Of a DNA stretch of 64,000 nucleotides, positions 34,111-42,913 are shown one piece after another (position 1 is the first letter of the stretch; every line of letters starts with the position of its first letter). A program made the translations under genes and the position numbers. Under the pieces are notes generated by a model that worked only from the letters and a program-made list of their open reading frames with translations, did no database searches and was not told the DNA's origin. The stretch lies in IMG/VR virus record IMGVR_UViG_3300027712_001108, positions 32,001-96,000 of that record, one strand, 5' to 3'. The DNA comes from a virus.

Positions 34111-34719
34111 ATGTCGTAGATTGAAATTGCCTGTACCGAGTTAGTATTCCACTTTAATAAAAAACACTTAGAAGATCCCACTATTCCAATGTGGGTTGTT
34201 AAGACCAAAGGTGAGACGTATTACGTCCATCATGTCAGCAGTGACATGCCATGGTCTACAAAAGAAACTCCCAACAATAACAGTACCAAAGGCAGCATTA
34301 AGTTTAAACGGTGTCATCTTGTTATTGATGACAACAATGACGCTACTATCAAGCCGTTGACAATGAGCGATGCTATACGTCTCAAAAAGACAGAGCCCAA
34401 GAAAATACGACTGATTATGGATTATCGCAAACAGATAGACGAATTTGTTGAATACTGCGATGAACAAGAGATTTGGCATGATGGGGTTCACATACTGCCG
34501 GGTAGCTGTGGTTCGAGATTCTATGCAACCGATATCAAAGAAGATGACCTGCTGCTTACTCGCATGCGGTTCCCACCTAAGATGTTCCGTGAACTGATGC
34601 CCAATGAATATCTATATGCGTACTACGATAAAGTAGGACCTGATGTAGAACCACCAGATTACGACGACGATTACTACGATGACGACGAAGACGAAGATGA
34701 CGATGAGGACGCAGCCTAA
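34111..34719 (+). CDS. hypothetical protein with in-frame TAG at codon 3 (readthrough candidate)
   Basis: AAGGAG SD, ATG TCG TAG ATT...; frame continuous with ORF 34189..34719; acidic tail ending -AA. Confidence 0.75.
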
Positions 34720-34848
34720 ATCGTCAAAACTGTGTCAACCAAAGAAAAATAACGTTTTTTCACGTATTTGGTTGACACTTTTATAATTGGCTGTATAAAT
34801 AGATATGTTGTAAGCAAAAATGGTTTTGCACAACAAACAAGGTTACAA

Positions 34849-34989
34849 ATGCAACTCACGCTTTCCATCAATACTTTTACACAGCACGGCTATCAAGCCA
34901 AGCCGTCAACATGGCTAGTTGCTGTTGATAGTATGAATTGTGAAGATCGCGCAATTGTATCAACAGACGGGGTGTCAAGGGAAACCTAG
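34849..34989 (+). CDS. putative leader peptide (46 aa, TAG stop)
   Basis: downstream of TTGACA/TATAAATA promoter (34772-34801) and directly upstream of a terminator. Confidence 0.45.
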   Translation: MQLTLSINTFTQHGYQAKPSTWLVAVDSMNCEDRAIVSTDGVSRET

Positions 34990-35017
34990 CAGCGTAAGCA
35001 GCAAAGTTATACCAAAG

Positions 35018-35051
35018 CACCCCGGGAATCGAAAGATTCCTGGGTTTTTTA
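35018..35051 (+). terminator. intrinsic terminator / attenuator
   Basis: CCCGGGAATC-GAAA-GATTCCTGGG followed by a T-tract. Confidence 0.85.
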
Positions 35052-35103
35052 TTAGGCAACAGGCATTGCCCAAACAGTGTCGCAGATGTTGCTAGTGTGG
35101 GAT

Positions 35104-35286
35104 ATGAGGGAACGTGGCCCTCACCGGACGCACTTAAAATGTTCTGGTAAACGGGCGGCCTTGGTGATGGAACTCCTTGTGTGGAGCGAAAAACCCAAGT
35201 TGATAGACGAGCACATCAGCCATCTAAAGTTAGAGATGGTGTAGTTGATGTGCTTCTCTATACACAGTAGGGCGAGCCTACTGTGG
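35104..35286 (+). ncRNA. candidate structured RNA
   Basis: GC-rich stems GAGGG/CCCTC, CCGGA/TCTGG, GCACATCAGC/GTTGATGTGC, CACAGTAGG/CCTACTGTG. Confidence 0.45.
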
Positions 35287-35356
35287 ATGATTAATTGACA
35301 TATTGCCCAGGGTCCTGTAATAAATATCAAACACGAATTTGCAACAGGGATGTATT

Positions 35357-35584
35357 ATGGAAGATATTGGCAGACTTAGGAAGCTAAGCGGATTGAACGA
35401 AAGTGTGTATGCCGATGAAGCCATGCAGCATATAGAAAAGCTGATACATAAAATCAAACGTATACCCGACGATTTTATATATTTTGCAGCAAATTTGGAT
35501 CAATCCCAAGACCAAACTCACATACTTGAATTAGTAGCTAGAAGCCTAGAAAATGCTGCTGCTAAAATAAGAAATAATTCGTAA
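35357..35584 (+). CDS. hypothetical protein
   Basis: MEDIGRLRKLSGLNE start; after an ATAAATA motif. Confidence 0.6.
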   Translation: MEDIGRLRKLSGLNESVYADEAMQHIEKLIHKIKRIPDDFIYFAANLDQSQDQTHILELVARSLENAAAKIRNNS

Positions 35585-35597
35585 TCAGTATGATACC

Positions 35598-36200
35598 GTG
35601 GTATTATACTATATGATAGACAGATACATACCCAAGTTTCTAGACATACTGTATGATCCCACTGTGCTACAAGCAGTGCGGTTAGAAGAAATCAGAGATG
35701 CATTTCACTCTAACCAAATAATCAGTAAGAATTGTGCTATTGCTGCATTTGACAGTTTGCCTACAGCAGACAGAAATGTGTTGTACATTGGCTCATGGAT
35801 TGGATTTTTGACGCACTATATCTGCGACAACTATCCTCACTGCACAGTAACAGAACTAGACATTGATGTAAGATGTAAACTCATTAGCCAACGGTTTAAT
35901 GAACGGTTTACAAACTATATCAACAGTTATACAAGTGATGTAGAGTGTTTTGGTTACCTCAATAACTATGACACTGTAATCAATCTAAGCTGTGAACATA
36001 TTAGCAGCAACTGGATTGACAAACTACAAAAAGGCACTACATTAGTGCTACAAACGAATAACTTCAAAATTCCAGAACATGTTAACACTTGTGAAACACT
36101 GGATGAAATGCGCGAAAAATATCAGTTGAGTGAAACATACTATGCGGAAGCAACTGTGTTAAATGCGTATACAAGATTTACACTGGCTGGCAAACGCTAA
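35598..36200 (+). CDS. class I SAM-dependent methyltransferase-like protein
   Basis: VLYIGSWIG, ELDID, INLSCEH. Confidence 0.7.
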   Translation: MVLYYMIDRYIPKFLDILYDPTVLQAVRLEEIRDAFHSNQIISKNCAIAAFDSLPTADRNVLYIGSWIGFLTHYICDNYPHCTVTELDIDVRCKLISQRFNERFTNYINSYTSDVECFGYLNNYDTVINLSCEHISSNWIDKLQKGTTLVLQTNNFKIPEHVNTCETLDEMREKYQLSETYYAEATVLNAYTRFTLAGKR

Positions 36201-36215
36201 TCAGTGATATTAATT

Positions 36216-36289
36216 GGCCGGGTGGCGGAATGGCTACGCAGTGGATTGCAAATCCATGTACGGGGGTTCGATTCCCTCCTCGGCCTCCA
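36216..36289 (+). tRNA. tRNA-Cys(GCA)
   Basis: cloverleaf, U73-CCA. Confidence 0.95.
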
Positions 36290-36390
36290 ATGTACAGTAG
36301 TTGTAGAGTTAAGCAGCGCACCCTACGTCTTTGGGATAGCGGGCGATGGGCACGACTACTGTGCGCTAAACACTGTGTCAAAAAAAGGCA

Positions 36391-36419
36391 TTGACGCGAT
36401 ATTAACAAGGTGCTAAGTT
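36391..36419 (+). promoter_or_regulatory. sigma70-type promoter of the tRNA operon
   Basis: TTGACG-17 nt-TAAGTT, A-tract upstream. Confidence 0.65.
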
Positions 36420-36437
36420 ACTTGAGTAGACAAAAAC

Positions 36438-36462
36438 GAAACGGTTTACATGCTCTTTGAAA
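36438..36462 (+). promoter_or_regulatory. boxA-like antitermination element
   Basis: TGCTCTTTGAAA; 21-nt exact repeat at 59282-59302. Confidence 0.7.
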
Positions 36463-36485
36463 CTGTTAGAGAATACAGATGAAAT

Positions 36486-36714
36486 AATTCTGTTTTCACA
36501 TGCACACAACGGCGTAGGCCACGCCAATGTATGGGATAACAGCTCAGCTAGTGATATAGCAGAGTTAGCGGTTCGAGTCCGCATAGTGTGCAGTTGTAAA
36601 CAGAAACAATTCTGTTTTCACATGTTATATAGGACGGTGGTTCGAATCCATCCTTGGGGTACGCCCCGAGTAGCTGTAGTGGTTAGAGCAAGTATAACAG
36701 TTGAAAACAGAATT
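36486..36714 (+). ncRNA. two tandem stem-closed modules carrying tRNA-like arms (second is a permuted tRNA mimic)
   Basis: repeat AATTCTGTTTTCACATG...CAGTTGWAAACAGAA enclosing TTCGA T-arms. Confidence 0.7.
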
Positions 36715-36889
36715 AGCGATTGTTGCTAGTCAGTTCCAACAACATCAAATGGTTGGACCTTGTAGATATAAGGTTACTGATAGCTAACAAAAAGTTAACT
36801 ATGATTATACACGGTAATAAAGTGTTCCATATCTTTTTTAACATCGTGTATTTATAAGGTCTGATATAGCATATCGCTATAAAAAGTTT

Positions 36890-36966
36890 TGCGGGGTAGA
36901 GCAGTCTGGTAGCTCGCTTGGCTCATAACCAAGAGGTCAGTGGTTCAAATCCACTCCCCGCAACCA
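36890..36966 (+). tRNA. tRNA-Met(CAT), initiator-like
   Basis: TGCGGGG acceptor, GAGCAG..GGTAGCTC D arm, CCA. Confidence 0.9.
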
Positions 36967-37073
36967 AGCTAAACTAGCGCAGGTGGACAACACCGTAAGT
37001 CGCAAGCTACACGGTACTGCTTACTCGTAGCAGCTAAGTCGGCCTGTTGAGGTTAGAGCCAAACACACAACGT

Positions 37074-37151
37074 TCCTTCTAAGCTATCCAGGTGATGGTG
37101 CTCGGCTGTTAACCGAGAATAAGGCTGGTTCGAGTCCAGCAGAAGGAGCCA
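37074..37151 (+). tRNA. tRNA-Asn(GTT)
   Basis: U1-A72, G73, CT-GTT-AA; atypical D arm. Confidence 0.88.
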
Positions 37152-37333
37152 AATACAAACGGTACTTGCTTGAGGCCAAGTGGCTAAGTCCCAGTGGAGC
37201 AAGTTAAATCGCCTGTAAGGGTAGAGCCAACCACATAGTGCTATACATTCTGCGGTGTGTATGGCAGGGTAGGTGACGCAACGCTTTATAAAATATAACA
37301 ATATTCACAGCGGTGTCCCTACCTACAATATAC

Positions 37334-37423
37334 GGAACGGTGGCCGAGAGGCTTAAGGCAAGCGGTTGCTAACTGCTCGAGGGTGAGAGCCCTCCGTGGG
37401 TTCGAATCCCACCCGTTCCGCCA
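37334..37423 (+). tRNA. tRNA-Ser(GCT)
   Basis: long variable arm, G73-CCA. Confidence 0.95.
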
Positions 37424-37431
37424 AATAACAT

Positions 37432-37532
37432 GGGGTCGCACCGGCGCTGAAATCGCCTTACAGTAAGGGCAATGCCGGGAATGGAAATAGCGGCGATTGA
37501 TTGGACATTCGATAAGGTCCTCGACTCCACCA
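37432..37532 (+). ncRNA. tRNA-like RNA with Ala acceptor (G3:U70) and no canonical D/anticodon arms
   Basis: GGGGTCG/CGACTCC-A-CCA; T-like arm GGAC-ATTCGATAAG-GTCC. Confidence 0.6.
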
Positions 37533-37586
37533 AATTATGCTATATGGGCATGTGCCCAATAGGCGTAAGGCAAGCGGTTGCCAACT

Positions 37587-37769
37587 AATTGATCGGTATG
37601 CTGGAAATGGTATACAGGGGTGCGGGCTAAGCCAACAAGGATAGGGTGTGTAATGCTAATAAGCACCTTTGCGCTCGTTGATGTTTAACATCCGATGGTG
37701 AAACCTACCTGTACTGGACAGCGCAACGTAACAGTACAATATGGGTTCGATCCCCATTGCTGATCAATT
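37587..37769 (+). ncRNA. tRNA-like RNA with ~110-nt central insert
   Basis: GATCGGTA/TGCTGATC stem, Leu-type D arm, ATGGG-TTCGATC-CCCAT T arm; no CCA. Confidence 0.6.
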
Positions 37770-37778
37770 AAACTAATT

Positions 37779-37862
37779 GGGCATCAGGTCACAAGGTGTG
37801 ACAAGGGACTGTAACTCCCTCGGGGAAACCCACGCCAGGTTCGATTCCTGGGATGCCCACCA
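37779..37862 (+). tRNA. tRNA-Tyr(GTA)
   Basis: CT-GTA-AC loop, variable arm, CCA. Confidence 0.9.
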
Positions 37863-37951
37863 TTACTTTGATGATACACTTTGAGTAGCAGGACAACATG
37901 TTTCGGACTGCGGGTTCAGGCGAGGTGGAAAGTGTATCTTCCAAGTAATAT

Positions 37952-38030
37952 GGGGTTGTAGCTTAATACGACAAAAGCGGCCTGGATTGGGGCGAGATGC
38001 GGGTATGCGTTAGTCCCGTTGACTCCACCA
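37952..38030 (+). ncRNA. aberrant tRNA-like RNA with Ala acceptor
   Basis: GGGGTTG/TGACTCC-A-CCA; 6-nt anticodon loop; 11-nt T loop. Confidence 0.6.
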
Positions 38031-38041
38031 AAATCTATTTA

Positions 38042-38118
38042 CGTCCAGTAGCTCAGTTGGTCAGAGCACACCCCTGATAAGGGTGGGGTCGATGATTCGA
38101 ATTCATCCTGGACGACCA
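38042..38118 (+). tRNA. tRNA-Ile(GAT)
   Basis: cloverleaf, CCA. Confidence 0.93.
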
Positions 38119-38136
38119 AACAATGAAATGCAATAC

Positions 38137-38210
38137 GGCCCCATAGATTATGGATAGATCGCTGCCCTTTCAAGGCGGAGAAACGGGTTTGAGTCCCGTT
38201 GGGGCTGCCA
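38137..38210 (+). tRNA. tRNA-Glu(TTC)
   Basis: cloverleaf, CCA. Confidence 0.9.
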
Positions 38211-38221
38211 AATTATAACAA

Positions 38222-38377
38222 TGCGTGTGATGGCGAAATGGTAGACGCAGCGGCAGGTGAGGCCGTGGGGCTCTGCTGATAAACATTGAGCGAATGGTAG
38301 TAGGTGCGCAACGAATCCGCTAGCAATAATATGTGTAAGGTATCCCACTGTAGGTTCGAGTCCTGCTCACAGCACTA
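38222..38377 (+). ncRNA. tRNA-like RNA with large central insert
   Basis: TGGCGAAATGGTAGACGC D arm; GTAGG-TTCGAGT-CCTGC T arm; imperfect acceptor. Confidence 0.6.
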
Positions 38378-38383
38378 AAATAT

Positions 38384-38458
38384 GCAGCCTTAGCTCAGTG
38401 GTAGAGCAACACCTCGACACGGTGAAGGCCAAAGGTTCAAATCCTTTAGGCTGCACCA
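38384..38458 (+). tRNA. tRNA-Val(GAC)
   Basis: cloverleaf, CCA. Confidence 0.92.
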
Positions 38459-38484
38459 TATTAATATAATGTACACTACAAATT

Positions 38485-38561
38485 GGCCTGTTAGTCGAGT
38501 GGTTTAAGACGCTTGCCTGTCACGCAAGAGAGCACGGGTTCGATCCCCGTACAGGTCGCCA
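38485..38561 (+). tRNA. tRNA-Asp(GTC)
   Basis: cloverleaf, G73-CCA. Confidence 0.94.
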
Positions 38562-38565
38562 AATT

Positions 38566-39609
38566 TTATGCAAACTGGTATAAATCTGCAAATGCTGTAT
38601 GTTTGTGTACGTCCCATATATTGTAGTAAAATTGTAAGCTGATATCCGTCCAACATATATTTGTTAATTCTGGTTTTCCTATGCCAGTTTTAACGATATC
38701 TAACATTCGTGCATAGTTTCTTAACGCTTTAGGACGTACTAACATATAAAGATCTTGTAAGTTTTCGCCTTCTAACTTTTTCATCTGCTCCATTACTGCA
38801 ACACATCGCTGTTTCCAATCCAGTATTGAATCGAATCTATAATCAAATACTTCATCATATAATTCTATACCAAGTGTTTGTAAGAATTTGTAATATCCAG
38901 ATGTTGCGAATGTTAAAAATGGTCGCTGATGGTAAATGGCCATCCAGGTTTTTTCAGTAACCATTATCTCATCGGTAACAGTTTCTGATATAAAACTAAA
39001 AAGACTATCAGAAAATTGTGGTGGCGGCGTTTGATTTAACGACATGTTTGCATCATTGGCAATATTAGTATTTTGCCATGCCGCTTCCAATACCAACCTG
39101 TCCGGCATCCAATATTTAAAATTGTACGGCCTATTGTTAGCTTCTGCTTCCAGCAGTGTCATGTTCCAAGACACATAGTTGTTGTCGATCATATTGAAGT
39201 ACGACATGTGATCTATAAACATACATCTGTTATGTCGGGGTTTACTGTTTAGAGATGTAAACAGTTTGTTTATAGGTAACTGATGTCCTAGCGGGGCGAT
39301 ATTGTTATCAATCGAGTGCTGTATGACAGATGATGCAAAAAACATAGTCCATGGTTTAACGCAATCTAAATCAGCAAACCTTGCATCGTGGTAATGTAAT
39401 GGAGAACATCCTGTAACTGAAAGGGATATATTGTTACCTGTGCAATAATTGTGCAAAGATACAGTATCATCATAACCCCACAAAAACTCAGGATACGGAT
39501 CATATGGTGTGAATACTACTACAGTATCTAAATTCGCAGTGTTGACAATTTTGTTGTACAAGTCGGCGTTTGTTAGACCGTAGCCATTAACTATCAATAA
39601 TGTTGACAT
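38566..39609 (-). CDS. putative glycosyltransferase-like protein (paralog of 10121..11380)
   Basis: FTSLNSKPRHNR, SET...TEKTW...RPF; start MSTLL. Confidence 0.6.
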   Translation of the reverse strand: MSTLLIVNGYGLTNADLYNKIVNTANLDTVVVFTPYDPYPEFLWGYDDTVSLHNYCTGNNISLSVTGCSPLHYHDARFADLDCVKPWTMFFASSVIQHSIDNNIAPLGHQLPINKLFTSLNSKPRHNRCMFIDHMSYFNMIDNNYVSWNMTLLEAEANNRPYNFKYWMPDRLVLEAAWQNTNIANDANMSLNQTPPPQFSDSLFSFISETVTDEIMVTEKTWMAIYHQRPFLTFATSGYYKFLQTLGIELYDEVFDYRFDSILDWKQRCVAVMEQMKKLEGENLQDLYMLVRPKALRNYARMLDIVKTGIGKPELTNICWTDISLQFYYNIWDVHKHTAFADLYQFA

Positions 39610-39672
39610 GATATACCTAATCGTGTATGTATTAGTATACGCATAAAACGACAAACACATAATAAGAATTAT

Positions 39673-39747
39673 TGGATCGTCGCCAAGTGGTAAGGCCGCG
39701 GTTTTTGGTACCGCTATACGGAGGTTCGAATCCTCCCGATCCAACCA
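39673..39747 (+). tRNA. tRNA-Gln(TTG)
   Basis: U1-A72, cloverleaf, CCA. Confidence 0.93.
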
Positions 39748-39809
39748 TTAAATATTAGTAAAGCAACGACGTTAAATGGTATAAATAATATTATAATCGG
39801 AGTAATATT

Positions 39810-40355
39810 ATGATACCTATTAGCGAATATATGAAATTGTCAAGAGACGACAGACGTGTACATCTTAAATTAAATGAACCGTGTGATGTTCGAGGCATAC
39901 GATATTCGTATAATTTGATAGGATTAGTTGCGTACTATATTAATACAAGTGTGCCGCAAAAAGGCGACAATGCAATAGTTTGTCATGCCTGTAATAATTC
40001 AGGTTGTTCAAATCCCAATCATTTATATTGGGGATCTTACAAAGATAATCATTCAGATCAAGTAGAATCTGGTACATGGCAATCACCATATGCACGTACT
40101 GTTAACAAATATGGAATTGATACTACAATCTCTATGTTAACTAAATCCGGTAAAGAAGGTGGTAAAAAACTATTAGGTCGTAGTAAATCGGACAATCATA
40201 AGAAAAGTTTGTCCAATTCTCAATATGGTACAATGTGGATAACAAATGGCATCGATAATAGAAAAATAAAAAAAGAGCAGGATGTAATACCAGAGGGATG
40301 GTATAAAGGTAGAATTCAACCACCAGCCAATCATATAAATACAGTATGCTTATAA
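39810..40355 (+). CDS. HNH homing endonuclease
   Basis: CHACNNSGCSNPNHLYWG..KDN; C-terminal WITNG...GWYKGR. Confidence 0.85.
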   Translation: MIPISEYMKLSRDDRRVHLKLNEPCDVRGIRYSYNLIGLVAYYINTSVPQKGDNAIVCHACNNSGCSNPNHLYWGSYKDNHSDQVESGTWQSPYARTVNKYGIDTTISMLTKSGKEGGKKLLGRSKSDNHKKSLSNSQYGTMWITNGIDNRKIKKEQDVIPEGWYKGRIQPPANHINTVCL

Positions 40356-40657
40356 GAGAAATACTGTCAGAATTAACATTCATGGGTAGTCCTTGCACAA
40401 AGGATTGCAGCGGACACAAAGCCGGTTATGAATGGGGAATCAAACGACGCGGTAAGATTGCCAACAGTTGGAGCAACAGTTTCAACAATGGCACAAACAT
40501 TGCTGCACAGAAGATCGCAGCCAGACCACAAGGTGGTGGTAAGTTGCCTCAACACCTAAGCCAAACTCCTGCTGCGATACGCAAGCGTCAACAACGCAGT
40601 GTTATCAAACAAAATCGGGTTGCACCGCCTGCACCACCACAGAAACCCATAGCATAA
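40346..40657 (+). CDS. hypothetical late protein
   Basis: MLIREILSE start after TATAAATA; CTKDCSGHKAGY motif. Confidence 0.7.
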   Translation: MLIREILSELTFMGSPCTKDCSGHKAGYEWGIKRRGKIANSWSNSFNNGTNIAAQKIAARPQGGGKLPQHLSQTPAAIRKRQQRSVIKQNRVAPPAPPQKPIA

Positions 40658-40737
40658 TTAATACCAGCGACATCTAAATCTTGTAAATCATATTATGAGA
40701 TTGCATTTGGTGTTTACAGTAAGTATAACTAATACAT

Positions 40738-40814
40738 CGGAGTGTAGCTCAGCTTGGTAGAGCGCTTGGTTTGGGACCAAGATGTCGTGGGTTCAAATCC
40801 TGTCACTCCGACCA
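40738..40814 (+). tRNA. tRNA-Pro(TGG)
   Basis: cloverleaf, CCA. Confidence 0.95.
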
Positions 40815-40984
40815 TTTTAAATCTGAGGTAACGATGTCCAAGTCCAGTCTCGAATATGCAGAATTGTCGGGTATAAACATATGCCTAATGAAGTTAAGCG
40901 TTAAGAAAGATAGGACCAAAGATGAAGAAATCGTATTAAACTGGCTTAAAGCCAGATCAGATTATCTTAAAAATTTGTAATCAT

Positions 40985-42463
40985 ATGGATATTGTAATTT
41001 GTATTTTGCCAAAGATAGAGCCTAGTGCTCCGTCTGTTGGTCCTTCTATTTTAAAAAGCCATTGTATTGCAGCAGGATTTTCCTGTAAGGTGGCGGATTT
41101 TAATATAGAATTGTACAACTCTATACCAACTGATATGCAAAGTATATGGCATAGCAACGATAGTGTATTTGATAATATGCACGAGTGGTTGCCGTTATAT
41201 GAACAGACATTTAAATCTACATTTGAACAGTTTGCAGATAGACTGATAGCAGAAAACTCAACATGGATAGGACTAAGTGTATTCAGTATCAAAAGCATGT
41301 TGCCTGCAATAGAGTTGATTAAACTAATCAAACATAAGAAACCAGAACAAAAAATTGTTGTTGGTGGCGCCGGTATCTATAACGACATAACTGCGCTAAC
41401 CGCAGCAGGTGCAGACCACTGGATAGTAGGCGACGCCGAAGAAAGCATTGTGGAATTGTTAAAAGGCAATATGTCTTTTAGAGGTATAGACAACACACAT
41501 CCTTACCAAATAGACGATTTGGATTCAGCTTCCATTCCCAACTATGACGACATAGATTTTAGCCAATATGCGAATTCTAATAACAGACAAGTATATATAA
41601 CAGCAAGTAGAGGCTGTATTAGAGACTGCACATTTTGTGATGTTGCATCAATGTGGCCTAAATTTAGATTTAGAAGCAGTGCAAATGTAGTAGACGAAAT
41701 CATACAACTGCGCCAACGATACGACATTAGAAATTTCTATTTTACAGACAGTCTTATAAATGGCGGTGTTAAAATATTCAGGGATATGTGCGCAGTATTG
41801 GCACAATACAGGCAAGAAACTGGCAGCGACTGGACATTGGGTAGCCAATTCATATGCAGATCTGCTGAACAGATGCCGCCAAACGATTATGATTTAATGA
41901 AAGCAGCGGGATTTTCTTGGGTTGCAATAGGTATAGAATCTGCCAGTCAAGCTGTGCGAGATCATATGAGAAAAGGATTTACCAATGAAGATATGTGGTA
42001 CACATTCGATCAGTTACATCGGGTTGGTATAAATCTAAACATACTGCTAATAGCTGGATACCTTACAGAAACCAAAGCTGATTTTGATGAAACTCTTGAC
42101 ATGATACATCGTTTAGCTAGGGAAGATTACCTAAGCAACATAGATGCCATTAATATATTTGAAGCAATCATTTTCAAAAAAACACCGTCGTATGATATAA
42201 GCAAGCAGCTTGGTGTTATAGATATAGACAATGACACATGGCATTTGCCAGACAATACCAACAATTTAAGAGTGAGAGTTGTTCGTACATTAAAAGCGTA
42301 TACACTGATAGAACGGTACAGAGGCGATGACAAAATGTTCTGGCTTGCCAAATCTGTAATACATTCTTGTACAACTCGTTACAAAGAACTAACCGGTCGC
42401 GATTTACCAACTGATATACTAAACTATGACGAATCGCTAGAATATAACCAATTGCCTTCGTAG
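40985..42463 (+). CDS. B12-binding radical SAM protein
   Basis: SRGCIRDCTFC, GIESAS; stop codon inside tRNA-Arg. Confidence 0.9.
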   Translation: MDIVICILPKIEPSAPSVGPSILKSHCIAAGFSCKVADFNIELYNSIPTDMQSIWHSNDSVFDNMHEWLPLYEQTFKSTFEQFADRLIAENSTWIGLSVFSIKSMLPAIELIKLIKHKKPEQKIVVGGAGIYNDITALTAAGADHWIVGDAEESIVELLKGNMSFRGIDNTHPYQIDDLDSASIPNYDDIDFSQYANSNNRQVYITASRGCIRDCTFCDVASMWPKFRFRSSANVVDEIIQLRQRYDIRNFYFTDSLINGGVKIFRDMCAVLAQYRQETGSDWTLGSQFICRSAEQMPPNDYDLMKAAGFSWVAIGIESASQAVRDHMRKGFTNEDMWYTFDQLHRVGINLNILLIAGYLTETKADFDETLDMIHRLAREDYLSNIDAINIFEAIIFKKTPSYDISKQLGVIDIDNDTWHLPDNTNNLRVRVVRTLKAYTLIERYRGDDKMFWLAKSVIHSCTTRYKELTGRDLPTDILNYDESLEYNQLPS

Positions 42464-42529
42464 CTCAATGGATAGAGCAGCAGACTTCGAATCTGTAGGT
42501 TGGGAGTTCGAGTCTCTCCGAGGGTGCCA
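42454..42529 (+). tRNA. tRNA-Arg(TCG)
   Basis: cloverleaf, CCA. Confidence 0.93.
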
Positions 42530-42593
42530 TTTCGATCTATGAACATCGGTTCATCCTGTATCAGTAAGCAGGCGACGTACATGAGAGGACAAT

Positions 42594-42863
42594 ATGAAAA
42601 CGTTAGAAGAGAAAGAAGCATTTTATGCAAAATGCGCAGAGATACTAAACATACCGCATGTGTTTCATGTTCCAGTTCGTAGAAAAACACGATGGAACAC
42701 ACGCTTCTTAGGCAACGGTAGATACCCAGGCTTTGGACTAGTTCAATGCTATGGCTGTGTGGTACGAGTTGTTAGTAAACGTGGAACACGAATATTCAAA
42801 GACTATGATGAAGTCTACGAGTATTTGACCACAGTAGTACACGCATCAGCAACGGTAATTTGA
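42594..42863 (+). CDS. hypothetical protein
   Basis: GAGG SD, 89 aa. Confidence 0.65.
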   Translation: MKTLEEKEAFYAKCAEILNIPHVFHVPVRRKTRWNTRFLGNGRYPGFGLVQCYGCVVRVVSKRGTRIFKDYDEVYEYLTTVVHASATVI

Positions 42864-42913
42864 TTAAGTATGTTCATACGTTATACTCTATAATCTAACA
42901 TAGAGGACTTCTA

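Noticed and set aside
36486-36714. CRISPR array
   Set aside because: Only two repeat copies, each pairing with a distal complement; no cas genes.
37546-37586. Additional tRNA-Ser/Gly
   Set aside because: Only a 5' fragment duplicating part of tRNA-Ser(GCT); no T arm or acceptor.
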